A DNA stretch of 64,000 nucleotides from Candidatus Iainarchaeum sp. (GTDB taxonomy: Archaea > Iainarchaeota > Iainarchaeia > Iainarchaeales > JAXPJC01): positions 64,001-128,000 of the forward strand of contig JACPJC010000006.1 of assembly GCA_016187745.1 (NCBI GenBank), written 5' to 3'. Position numbers and translations under genes: made by a program. Shown here piece by piece: positions 1-8,931 of the stretch. Position 1 is the stretch's first letter. Each line of letters begins with the position of its first letter. The notes beneath the pieces were generated by a model. It saw only the letters and a program-made list of their open reading frames with translations. It ran no database searches and was not told the DNA's origin.

Positions 1-735
1 TTGCAGAGGCTTGGGCTTACTGAATATGAGGCAAGGACTCTTTCCTCATTGTTCAGGCTGCGCGAGGCCGAAGCTCCGGAAATAAGCAGGAGCGCCCAGG
101 TTCCGAAAACGCGCGTTTATGATGTTCTGGAAAGGCTTATGAAGCGCAAGCTTGTTATTGAAACATACGGCAGGCCAAAAAAATACAGGGTATTGGAAAG
201 CGAGGCTGTTTTTAAGGAACTTCTGAACGGAAAGAAAAATGAGATTTCAGATTTGGAAAGGGAAGCGGGCGCAATAAGAAGCGTGATTTCCGACTCGGGC
301 GCAATTGCAAAATCCGAGGGCGAGAGGGTAATGAAGGTGAAGGACCGCAATGACTTCATAAAAATACTTTCCCAGGAATTGGGAAGCGCAAAAAGCGATG
401 TGATTGCATTTACGAATTTCTCAAAGCACCATTATCCGGAGTTTGCGGACGCGATAAAGAAGGCAAGCTCTAAAAGGGTCAAGGTCAGGGTGCTTGCAAA
501 ATTGCCGAATGAAGTTGCGCATCTTTCCAAGGAATTCGCAAAATCGGGGGTTTCACACAGGGATGCGGAGCACGGGATGCACGCGTATGTTGTTGATGGA
601 AGGAAAGTAATACTTGCAATAAGCGATTTCACTGAGGAAAGGCCGGAATACCATTTCACAATCTGGCCGAACAACAAGGGAATGGCCTCAGCGCTTTCAG
701 GCTATTTTGAGGAAGTCTGGAAGAAGGGGAAATAA
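1..735 (+). CDS. TrmB-family transcriptional regulator (5' end possibly cut by window edge)
   Basis: LGLTEYEA...EISRSAQVPKTRVYDVLERL wHTH plus a C-terminal PLD-like effector domain (HAYVVDGRKVIL). Confidence 0.85.
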   Translation: MQRLGLTEYEARTLSSLFRLREAEAPEISRSAQVPKTRVYDVLERLMKRKLVIETYGRPKKYRVLESEAVFKELLNGKKNEISDLEREAGAIRSVISDSGAIAKSEGERVMKVKDRNDFIKILSQELGSAKSDVIAFTNFSKHHYPEFADAIKKASSKRVKVRVLAKLPNEVAHLSKEFAKSGVSHRDAEHGMHAYVVDGRKVILAISDFTEERPEYHFTIWPNNKGMASALSGYFEEVWKKGK

Positions 736-788
736 GCCGGAATGGAAGCATACTCTGAAAATTTTAAACTATATAAGAGGAAAACAAA

Positions 789-1070
789 ATGAGATTCAAT
801 CCCCTTAGAAGGCTTAAAAGAGGGGTATATTCCAGAAATGAAGGCTGGAGATGGGGAAAAGAAGACGAACATGTTTGGAAACATGGAGGCGGGGGAGGGG
901 ATAAACCTACTTTTGAAGACCTCAAGAATTTTATAAGAGGCCAGATTAGAGTGGATGCACCTCTGAAAGAGGTGAATGATGCCCTGAATAGCATGAAACA
1001 ACATTTTTCAGAGGAGCAGATATTGGCTGCACAAAGGGCTGTTGAAGAAGAGCGCAAGGTAAAGAAATAA
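789..1070 (+). CDS. hypothetical small protein with basic N-terminus
   Basis: 93-aa ORF with TATA-like TTTTAAA about 25 bp upstream; no recognisable motif. Confidence 0.55.
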   Translation: MRFNPLRRLKRGVYSRNEGWRWGKEDEHVWKHGGGGGDKPTFEDLKNFIRGQIRVDAPLKEVNDALNSMKQHFSEEQILAAQRAVEEERKVKK

Positions 1071-1101
1071 TTTGTGGCAAGCAGATAAAGGGGGATAAAT
1101 C

Positions 1102-1299
1102 ATGAAGCCAGGCGGTGCAATTAGAAAAGCTAACATTGCGAGAGTTAAGAATTTCATTATAAAAGGAAAGGGCGGAAATGAATTGTCTGGAAAGGAAAAA
1201 AGTTTGCTTAATAGGTATATAGGAATAAAGGGAAAAACTCCGAAAGTAAAGCGCCTGAATGCGCCAAGGGTGCGCAGGTTTTTGAAAAATGCAGGGTAA
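1102..1299 (+). CDS. hypothetical small basic protein
   Basis: 65-aa K/R-rich ORF with a GGGGGA ribosome-binding-like sequence upstream. Confidence 0.5.
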   Translation: MKPGGAIRKANIARVKNFIIKGKGGNELSGKEKSLLNRYIGIKGKTPKVKRLNAPRVRRFLKNAG

Positions 1300-1557
1300 G
1301 TGAAAAAAGTGCCAGTATTCCGTGGAAAACCAGAGAGATACCCGCGCCCACTTCGTAAAGGCGAAGAAATAAATCTTAAATCTGACTTGATGCGATTCAC
1401 TGACTTTAAGATAAATATTGACCTGAACAAATTAAATTATGAAGAATTAGAGATGCTTAAACCAATTGTAGACGATATAAAAAGGGGAAATAAAATGGAT
1501 AAAAAACGCCTAAACCTATACGACACATTGATGAAAAAGCTTACCCGTGAAACCTAA
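1300..1557 (+). CDS. hypothetical small protein
   Basis: GTG start abuts the previous stop codon; 85 aa; AT-rich. Confidence 0.5.
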   Translation: MKKVPVFRGKPERYPRPLRKGEEINLKSDLMRFTDFKINIDLNKLNYEELEMLKPIVDDIKRGNKMDKKRLNLYDTLMKKLTRET

Positions 1558-1594
1558 TTTTATATACCCTTGCGGCATAATATTACTGGTTGAA

Positions 1595-3316
1595 ATGGCT
1601 GAGGAAAGCGCGGATCTTGAAGGGCTTATTTACAAGTATGCCATCAAAAATGCATTCCTTCACAGCGGGAAGGCCGATGTTGGCGCGGTTGTGGGGAAGG
1701 TTATTGCGCTGCAGAAGGAAGCGGAAGTTGACTTGAAGAAAATAGTTCCCAAAATCCAGGGGATTGTGAAGGGAATAAATTCAATGCCTTTTGCTGAGAT
1801 TGAAGAGGAGTATAAGAAATTTGAGGAAGCGGGATATGAGCTGAAGCCGAAGGAGAAAAAGATTGGATTGCCGGATTTGGAGTGGATGCAATCCGGAAAG
1901 GAAAGTGTTGTTGCAAGGTTTGCGCCGAATCCGAATGGCCCAATGCATTTCGGGCATGCGCGCGCCTGCTATATGAGCTATGCGTTTGCGGAGAAATATG
2001 CTGGCAAGTTTATTTTGAGGTTTGATGATACCGACCCGAAAATCAAGAAGCCTGTTGCGGAAGCTTATAAGGCATTTGAGAGGGATGTGGAATGGCTCAA
2101 TGGAAGTGCGCCAAATGAAATCATTTACGCTTCGGACAGGCTGGATTTGTATTATGATTATATGCGCAGGCTGATTGAAAAGGACGGCGCGTACATATGC
2201 AACTGCGCTTCAGAGAAATGGCGCGGGCTCATAAGAAAGGGAAAGGGCTGCAAGTGCAGGGCTGAAAACAAAAAAGAACAGATGAAGAAATTCAAGAAGA
2301 TGCTGGCGCATGAGTCCAGGGAAGGGGAAGCCGTAATCCGCATCAAGACCGATTTGGCGCACAAGGACCCGAGCACAAGGGACTGGTGGATTGCAAAAAT
2401 CGTTGACAAGCCGGAGCATCCGAGAGTTTCGGGAAAGTACCTGTGGCCAAGCTATAATTTCGCGAGCGCAATAGATGACCATGAGCTTGGAATTACATTA
2501 ATAATAAGGGGGCAGCAGCACGCGCAGAATGAGACGAAGCAGAAATTCCTCTATGAGTATTTCAAGTGGAAATACCCCCATGCAATTACATATGGGCTGC
2601 TGAAACTGAGTGAAACAGTACTGAGCAAGAGCAAGATAAAGGCGAAGATTGAGGAGGGGGAATTCTCAGGGTTTGATGACCCCAGAGTCGGAACGCTTGA
2701 GAACCTCCGCAGGAGGGGCATAACTGCAGAAGCAATAAGGGAAATCCTGATTGATATCGGGGTTAAGCCGAATGACATTACAGTGAGCGAGGATGCGCTT
2801 TATGATGCGAACCGCAATGTAATTGATGCTAATGCGGACAGGATAATTTTCATTTCGGAGCCGGTGCTGATTGATGTGCAGTTCGCGCAGGGGATTGACG
2901 CGAAACTGCCAAGGCACCCTGATGCTTCGGAGCGCGGGGAGAAGGTTTATCATTTGAATGAGGGCATGCAGCGCTTCATAATTGAGAAGGGCGATGCCGA
3001 GAAATTGAAAACAGGGGAAACAATAAGGCTTAAGCATGCATACAATGTGAGGATTGTAAAAAAGGATTCCATGCAGATTTTTGCTGAATTCGTGAGCGCT
3101 TCAAAAATTGATGCGCCGCTGATTCCCTGGCTTTTGGAAGAGGAGAGCATTGGGATTGAGGTGCTGATGCCTGATGCAAAAATTGTTTACGGGAGCGCGG
3201 AAGCGGAACTGCTCAAATATGATGTTGGAAGCATCCTGCAGCTGGAAAGATTGGGATATGCAAGGCTTGATGCAAGGGAAGGGAATTCCGCCAGGCTCTG
3301 GTTTGCGCATAAATGA
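1595..3316 (+). CDS. gltX: glutamyl-tRNA synthetase, archaeal type
   Basis: RFAPNPNGPMHFGH (HIGH motif), LRFDDTDP, VLSKS (KMSKS motif), WPSYNFASAIDDH; ATG at 1595 (MAEESADL) preferred as start. Confidence 0.96.
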   Translation: MAEESADLEGLIYKYAIKNAFLHSGKADVGAVVGKVIALQKEAEVDLKKIVPKIQGIVKGINSMPFAEIEEEYKKFEEAGYELKPKEKKIGLPDLEWMQSGKESVVARFAPNPNGPMHFGHARACYMSYAFAEKYAGKFILRFDDTDPKIKKPVAEAYKAFERDVEWLNGSAPNEIIYASDRLDLYYDYMRRLIEKDGAYICNCASEKWRGLIRKGKGCKCRAENKKEQMKKFKKMLAHESREGEAVIRIKTDLAHKDPSTRDWWIAKIVDKPEHPRVSGKYLWPSYNFASAIDDHELGITLIIRGQQHAQNETKQKFLYEYFKWKYPHAITYGLLKLSETVLSKSKIKAKIEEGEFSGFDDPRVGTLENLRRRGITAEAIREILIDIGVKPNDITVSEDALYDANRNVIDANADRIIFISEPVLIDVQFAQGIDAKLPRHPDASERGEKVYHLNEGMQRFIIEKGDAEKLKTGETIRLKHAYNVRIVKKDSMQIFAEFVSASKIDAPLIPWLLEEESIGIEVLMPDAKIVYGSAEAELLKYDVGSILQLERLGYARLDAREGNSARLWFAHK

Positions 3317-3423
3317 GCGGATTAGTTTGATTTAAAAACCTTAAGGCGCAGGGTATATTATACGTTTTGATTCTGGGTTGCATCTTTTTTTGATAAAACC
3401 TGTGATAAAACGATGAACCCCGC

Positions 3424-3455
3424 AATAAGGGCATAATGCCCTTATGAACCCCAAG
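3424..3455 (+). repeat. palindromic dispersed repeat, family B copy 1 (AATAAGGGCA-TAA-TGCCCTTAT-GAACCCCAAG)
   Basis: the 22-bp core is the exact reverse complement of 34594-34615, and the AACCCCAAG tail matches 34533-34541. Confidence 0.8.
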
Positions 3456-3499
3456 CAGGAAAATTGTTTGGGCAGGGGCGAGAAAAGGAGGTTTCTGAT

Positions 3500-3853
3500 A
3501 TGGCTGAGAAGAAAGCTGAAAAGGCCGAGGCAAAGGAAGTCAGTGTGCAGAATCCGCTTGCGCTTGTCGAGAAAGTGAAGAAGACAGGCAAGCTGAAAAT
3601 AGGCATAAATGAGGTTACAAAGGCTGTTGAGAGGGGAGTCGCAAAGGCGGTTGTTGTTGCGGAGGACGTTAACCCCAAGGAAATAGTGATGCATCTGCCT
3701 GCGCTTTGCAAGGAAAAGAACATCCCGTTGCTGAATGCTCCGAGCAAAAAAGAGCTTGGTGAGAAGGCAGGGATTGTTGTCGGAACTGCGGCAGTTGCCG
3801 TTCTTGAAGAGGGCGATGCGAAGAAGGATATTGACGCGCTGCACAAGAAATGA
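3500..3853 (+). CDS. rpl7ae: 50S ribosomal protein L7Ae (eL8)
   Basis: GKLKIGINEVTKAVERGVAKAVVVAEDVNPKEIVMHLPALCKEK; SD GGAGG at 3487-3491. Confidence 0.97.
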   Translation: MAEKKAEKAEAKEVSVQNPLALVEKVKKTGKLKIGINEVTKAVERGVAKAVVVAEDVNPKEIVMHLPALCKEKNIPLLNAPSKKELGEKAGIVVGTAAVAVLEEGDAKKDIDALHKK

Positions 3854-3871
3854 ATTTAAGGGGAAATTAAA

Positions 3872-4093
3872 ATGGCTGAATACAGGGAAAGGGGCACTCC
3901 GGCAGAGGTTGTTGAAGTTGTGAAGCGCACGGGCGTGTATGGGGAAATCAAGCAGGTGCTGTGCAAAATACTGGAAGGGCCGGAAGTTGGAAGGGTAAAG
4001 CGCAGGAATGTGAAGGGAAATCTCAAGAAAGGGGACATTGTTGTGCTGTTGAGCACAGAGCGCGAGGCAAAAGAAATCAAGGCGAGGGGTTGA
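3872..4093 (+). CDS. rps28e: 30S ribosomal protein S28e
   Basis: [20 protein letters not shown]...RRNVKG...EREA; conserved operon position. Confidence 0.96.
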   Translation: MAEYRERGTPAEVVEVVKRTGVYGEIKQVLCKILEGPEVGRVKRRNVKGNLKKGDIVVLLSTEREAKEIKARG

Positions 4094-4095
4094 AT

Positions 4096-4296
4096 ATGCC
4101 AAAGTGCAGTTTTTGCGGGGACAATCTGCTCCGCGGCTCGGGGCTCATGTATGTCAAGAAGGACACTACAGTTTATTATTTCTGCAGCCGCAAGTGCGAG
4201 AAGAATCTCCTGAATTTGCGCAGAAACCCGAGAAAGGCGGAATGGACCGCAACGCATAAGAAGTGGAAAGGCGCGGGCTCAAAGGAAGGCGGCTAA
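4096..4296 (+). CDS. rpl24e: 50S ribosomal protein L24e
   Basis: MPKCSFCG...GSGLMYVKKD...YFCSRKCEKN...RNPRKAEWT. Confidence 0.96.
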   Translation: MPKCSFCGDNLLRGSGLMYVKKDTTVYYFCSRKCEKNLLNLRRNPRKAEWTATHKKWKGAGSKEGG

Positions 4297-4297
4297 A

Positions 4298-4777
4298 ATG
4301 GTGAATGAGCGCACCCTGATAATAGTAAAGCCCGATGCATTGAATAGGGATTTGGCGGGGGAGGCTATTTCAAGGTTCGAGAGAAAGGGCCTCAAAATTG
4401 TTGCAATGAAGATGGAGCATCTTCCTGTTTATAAACTGAAGGAGCATTATGCGCACCTTGCGGAAAAGGCATTTTTCGAAGAGTTAATAAAATACATGTC
4501 AAGCATACCCTCAATCCTGATGGTTTTGGAGGGAAAGGAAGCGTGCAAGGTTGCAAGAAAGCTTATCGGGGGGACTTACGGAAGGGAGGCTGAGCCTGGA
4601 ACTTTAAGGGGAGACTACAGCGTCAGCAACCAGATGAACCTTGTGCATGCGTCCGAAACCCCTGAAATAGCCGAGAAGGAAATAAAGAACTTCTTTGCAG
4701 AAAAGGAAATTTTTGAATACAACAAGACAAACTTTGACTGGATTTATGCAAGGGATTCCAAAGGCGAAATTGTGTAG
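4298..4777 (+). CDS. ndk: nucleoside diphosphate kinase
   Basis: ERTLIIVKPDA, PGTLRGDY, NLVHASE with the catalytic His. Confidence 0.97.
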   Translation: MVNERTLIIVKPDALNRDLAGEAISRFERKGLKIVAMKMEHLPVYKLKEHYAHLAEKAFFEELIKYMSSIPSILMVLEGKEACKVARKLIGGTYGREAEPGTLRGDYSVSNQMNLVHASETPEIAEKEIKNFFAEKEIFEYNKTNFDWIYARDSKGEIV

Positions 4778-4779
4778 GG

Positions 4780-6474
4780 CTATTTCTTTTCCCTTAATTC
4801 TGAGTCCTGCGCATATTCAAGATTGCGCTTCAGCGCGAATTCGGCTTTCTGGAGCTCCGCGCCCAAATAGAGCGCGTGGGAAGTGTTTATCTGCGCCTTA
4901 AATGCAAGCTGCTCATAAATCTCGCGCGCGCTTGCGCCGCAGATTTTCTCAATCTCGCGGTTTGTTTCGGGATGCAGGAGCGCAATTGAGATTTTCCCAT
5001 CCTCAATTGCAATGACATAATTGCCCCTTGGGTCGGAATAATCTATTTTGGGTTTGCGGAACTTTGAGAGCATCTCCTCAACTTGCTTGTAGTAATGCGC
5101 ATAAATCTGGGCGCTGCCAGAGATTATTGTAATTATCCCTGTTGGCAATCCGATTGCGTCTGCGATTGTTTTCTGTATTGCCGCGCATCCGTAAGCGTTT
5201 TCAGGCCAGCCCTGCACCATGTCATGAGACCTGAAATAAACCATCAGATTCAGCCTTTCATCCTGCACTATCGGGTGCAGCAGAACAAGGCAGGGGCTGC
5301 TCTTGTGCTTGCGCATAAGCTCATCGGAAACATGCCATGTGATTGCAACGCCTGCCTTTGAGTAGGGGTCGCGCTTCAGCGCATCTATAATATCTGCAAT
5401 CTGGTCAATTTCACAGCCCTTTTCCAGGTATTTCACATTTGCATCAAGGTGCGCGCCCTTTCCGAACTCAAAATCCTTGTAGGCAGGGCTGTTTGCAAGC
5501 TCCTTGACAACGCCTGCGTCTTCAACCAAATATGCGCGCAGCTTGTTGCCGTAAGTGTAGGCCTTTCCCTCGGGAAGAAGCGGGGACAAGACCTCTTTTT
5601 GGTATGCAAGGATTTTTTCATTTGTAAGAGGGACAAGGAATGGATTCAGGGACAAACCGCCATTCTGCGGGCTGTGGATTACCGCAACCAAATTGTTTAT
5701 TTCCTTTACCCGGCGGTCAGTGTTTGCGTTCATCAGATTCCTTTTTCCATAGCGGGAGATCGCGTGCATTATTTCAATCCAGGTTTCGGGGATTGAATTT
5801 CCTGAAACAAGAAGCGCGCTTCCCTCATGGGGGAATTCCTCGGCGCTCGGTTCATAGGGAAAAATTTGTGGCGTGTCTGAAAACGGCTGCTTCCTTTCAG
5901 CTTCCTTCATTATCCTGTTGGCTTCGGCAATCTTCTCCTCAAGGGATGCCCTTGGCATTCTTGAATTCAGATCAATTAATTCCACAGAAGCCATTATTCC
6001 GTTTATTGCTTCCGAGGGAATATTCCTGTCGAAATAAACCGCGCTTTCAAATCCCTGAAGCTTGCGCCCGGAATTTATGCCCTTCTCGAAAAATGCCCTT
6101 ATTGAGTTTGCGCTTGTCTGCTGGACTGGCGAATTTGGTGAAAGGGTTTTCTGCTGCTCCGCGGCGGAATACTCGCTTCCAAGAACTATCATGTAGCGTA
6201 TGAAGGGGTTTGCAAGGATGTTGCGCGCCATTCCTTCAAGCCCCGCGGGAGTGTAAAAATTGCTCGCAATCGCAAGCCTTTCCTTTTCCAGTTTTGGCAG
6301 AATCGCATCGCGCATTGTCCAGAGGAAGGTAACTGCAAAATCCGCATTTGTAATGCGCGTTTCGTTCCTTTCGGGAAATGCTATCCTGTCCCTAACGCTA
6401 ACGGGCCAGCCCTTTGCGCCCGAGCTGCCAACAAGCCCGCGCATAGCATTTAGAATCTGTTCATCAGAAGGCAT
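4780..6474 (-). CDS. thyA: thymidylate synthase (ThyA fold) fused to an N-terminal MtrA-like domain and a C-terminal DUF4346-like domain
   Basis: SPCL (catalytic Cys), YFRSHD, GWPEN, YTYGNKLR; N-terminal GLEGMARNILANPFIRYMIVLGSE; C-terminal DPRGNYVI...SHALYLGAELQKAE...YAQD; start 6474 has a GGGAG SD. Confidence 0.8.
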   Translation of the reverse strand: MPSDEQILNAMRGLVGSSGAKGWPVSVRDRIAFPERNETRITNADFAVTFLWTMRDAILPKLEKERLAIASNFYTPAGLEGMARNILANPFIRYMIVLGSEYSAAEQQKTLSPNSPVQQTSANSIRAFFEKGINSGRKLQGFESAVYFDRNIPSEAINGIMASVELIDLNSRMPRASLEEKIAEANRIMKEAERKQPFSDTPQIFPYEPSAEEFPHEGSALLVSGNSIPETWIEIMHAISRYGKRNLMNANTDRRVKEINNLVAVIHSPQNGGLSLNPFLVPLTNEKILAYQKEVLSPLLPEGKAYTYGNKLRAYLVEDAGVVKELANSPAYKDFEFGKGAHLDANVKYLEKGCEIDQIADIIDALKRDPYSKAGVAITWHVSDELMRKHKSSPCLVLLHPIVQDERLNLMVYFRSHDMVQGWPENAYGCAAIQKTIADAIGLPTGIITIISGSAQIYAHYYKQVEEMLSKFRKPKIDYSDPRGNYVIAIEDGKISIALLHPETNREIEKICGASAREIYEQLAFKAQINTSHALYLGAELQKAEFALKRNLEYAQDSELREKK

Positions 6475-6620
6475 AGCCAGCTCCCAATAAGAATAATCCG
6501 AATAACCCTTAAAAAGCATTCCCTACAATAGTTATTACAGAATAGCGCTCTTCTTTTTGGCTTTGCATATTGTTCTGAGTTGCTTGTTCGAAATTGAAAG
6601 TTTTAAACTGGTGAGCTGAA

Positions 6621-8381
6621 ATGAATGCAATAAGGCAGCCCATAATTGTTGTTATGGGGCATGTGGACGCTGGAAAGACAAGCCTGCTTGACCGCATTAG
6701 GGGCACAACTGTTGCGGCGCGCGAGGCGGGCGCAATAACCCAGCATATTGGCGCTACGGAAGTCCCTGTAGAAATAATAAGCAGAATTTCCGGCGCGCTG
6801 CTCGGGAAATACGGCTTCAAATTGAACATTCCAGGGCTGCTGTTCATTGACACGCCTGGGCATGAGGCATTTACGCATTTGCGCGAGAGGGGGGGGAGCA
6901 TTGCGGATTTGTGCGTGCTTGTAGTGGATGCAATAAAGGGATTGCAGGAGCAGAGCTTTGAGGCGCTGAATATTTTAAGGACATTCAAGACCCCGTTCAT
7001 TGTTGCAATGAACAAAATAGACAATATTGCGGGATGGAAGACCGCGGATGCGAGCTTCACTGCAAATCTTGCGCAGCAGAACGCATATGCGCTTGAGGCG
7101 CTTGACAAGAAGTTATATGAAGTTGTGGGGCAGCTGCACGCAAGGGGATTCAATTCCGAGAGGTTTGACCGCTGCGAGAATTTTACGCAGCAGATTCCGA
7201 TAATCCCGGTGTGCTCGAAATCGGGGGAAGGGATTGCCGAAGTGCTTGTGTTTTTGTCGGGATTGAGCCAGAAATTCCTGGAAAGCGAGCTGGCGCTGCA
7301 TGTGAAGGGCGCGGCGCGCGGGAGCGTGCTTGAGGTAAATGAGGAGCGGGGATTGGGGACAACGATTGACATTATTTTATACGATGGAACTCTGCACGCA
7401 AAGGAGGAAATTGCGGTTCTCGGAAGGGCGGGGGTCATAACAACGAAAGTGCGCGCAATATTGAAGCCCAGGGCGCTTGAGCAGATGGGAACAGGGGAAA
7501 AATTCTTCAATGTGCTGGAAGCGCATGCGGCTTCGGGAATAAAAATTTCCGCGCCCCTTCTTGAGAATGCAATTGCGGGCTCCCCGTTCATTGCGGTAAG
7601 CTCGGAAAAGGACATTGAGGAACTTAAAAAAGAATCAAGGGAAATAAAAATCGAAAGCGATGTTGCAGGGGTTGTAATAAAGGCGGATACGCTTGGAAGC
7701 TTGGAAGCCATGGTCAAGCTGCTGCAGAATGCGGGGCTTAAAATAAGGTTTGCGGATCTTGGCGCAATAAGCAGGAATGATGTGATGTGCGCCCTTGCGG
7801 TAAGGGAGAATGATGCGGAAAAGGCGGTAATATTCGCATTCAATGTGCCTGCCCTTCCGGAAGCGCTGCAGGAGGCCGAAAAGAAGGGAATAAAAATATT
7901 CTCTGGGAACGTTATATACAGGCTTATTGAGGATTACACTCAATGGATTGAGCTTTTCAAGGAGCAGGCAAGGAAGCAGAAGGAAGCGGAGCTCATTTAC
8001 CCCTTTGCCTTCAAAATACTTCCAGGCATGGTCTTCAGGAACAGCAAGCCGGCTGTTGCGGGAATCCATGTGACAAGCGGAAAAATAAAGCCCGGAGTGG
8101 AAATTATGAACGAGAATGGAGAAATTGTTGGGAAGGTGGAATCGCTGCAGTCGGAGGGAAAAACGCTTCATGAGGCCGGGAAGGGGGATGAAGTCGCAAT
8201 CGCGATTTCCGGAGCGACAATAGGGAGGCAGATAAGCGAGAATGAGACCCTGTATTCTGCAATAACCCAGAAGGGGCTTGCAAAAATCCTGCAGAACGCG
8301 GACATGTTCAGTTCTGAGGAAATTGAGCTTGCGAAAAAATTGTTTGAAAAACTAAAAAGCACTGAAGAAGAGGGCAATTGA
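6621..8381 (+). CDS. infB: translation initiation factor aIF5B (IF-2)
   Basis: RQPIIVVMGHVDAGKTSLLD, EAGAITQHIGA, DTPGHEAF, NKID. Confidence 0.97.
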   Translation: MNAIRQPIIVVMGHVDAGKTSLLDRIRGTTVAAREAGAITQHIGATEVPVEIISRISGALLGKYGFKLNIPGLLFIDTPGHEAFTHLRERGGSIADLCVLVVDAIKGLQEQSFEALNILRTFKTPFIVAMNKIDNIAGWKTADASFTANLAQQNAYALEALDKKLYEVVGQLHARGFNSERFDRCENFTQQIPIIPVCSKSGEGIAEVLVFLSGLSQKFLESELALHVKGAARGSVLEVNEERGLGTTIDIILYDGTLHAKEEIAVLGRAGVITTKVRAILKPRALEQMGTGEKFFNVLEAHAASGIKISAPLLENAIAGSPFIAVSSEKDIEELKKESREIKIESDVAGVVIKADTLGSLEAMVKLLQNAGLKIRFADLGAISRNDVMCALAVRENDAEKAVIFAFNVPALPEALQEAEKKGIKIFSGNVIYRLIEDYTQWIELFKEQARKQKEAELIYPFAFKILPGMVFRNSKPAVAGIHVTSGKIKPGVEIMNENGEIVGKVESLQSEGKTLHEAGKGDEVAIAISGATIGRQISENETLYSAITQKGLAKILQNADMFSSEEIELAKKLFEKLKSTEEEGN

Positions 8382-8436
8382 GAAATAAAATAAGAAAAAT
8401 AAGAATAATTTCAACAAATCAAACGGAGGAGAAAAA

Positions 8437-8928
8437 ATGCAATTATCAATTTCAGATCCGAAAAGCGGAAAAGCATATTCAAAAAAAATAGAGGAAGCGG
8501 GAATATTCCTCAACAAAAAGCTCGGGGACACTGTCGAGCTTTCTGCAATAGGGATGCAGGGATACAGGGCGAAAATTGCGGGAGGCTCGGACAAGTGCGG
8601 ATTTCCCATGCACCCCGGGGTTTCAGGGCTTGCGAGAAAAAGGCTTTTCATTGCGGAGGGAACAGGCTTCAATGCGGAGAAGCGCGGGGAAAGGAAGCGC
8701 AAGAACGTAAGGGGAAATGTAATCGGCGCTGACATAAATCAGCTGAACTTAAGGGTTTCCGAATATGGAAGTGTTCCCTTGAGCGAGCTGTTTGCGGGGG
8801 AAATTGCAAAGCCGAAGGAAGAGAAGAAGTCAGCAAAGGAAGCGCTGGTTGAGCAGAGCCTTGAGCAGGTTGGAAAGGTAGAAATTGCCGGCGACTCAAG
8901 CAAAATAAAGGGGAAGGCGAAGGGTTAG
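8437..8928 (+). CDS. rps6e: 30S ribosomal protein S6e
   Basis: ISDPKSGKAY...GGSDKCGFPMHPGV...GERKRKNVRGNVI. Confidence 0.95.
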   Translation: MQLSISDPKSGKAYSKKIEEAGIFLNKKLGDTVELSAIGMQGYRAKIAGGSDKCGFPMHPGVSGLARKRLFIAEGTGFNAEKRGERKRKNVRGNVIGADINQLNLRVSEYGSVPLSELFAGEIAKPKEEKKSAKEALVEQSLEQVGKVEIAGDSSKIKGKAKG

Positions 8929-8931
8929 TGA

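Noticed and set aside
6509-7843. Long antisense ORFs (444 aa here; also 3341-4102, 15165-15905, 16215-16877, 36438-37106, 48826-49659)
   Set aside because: They are shadows of well-supported genes on the opposite strand, with S/F/A-rich composition and no motifs.
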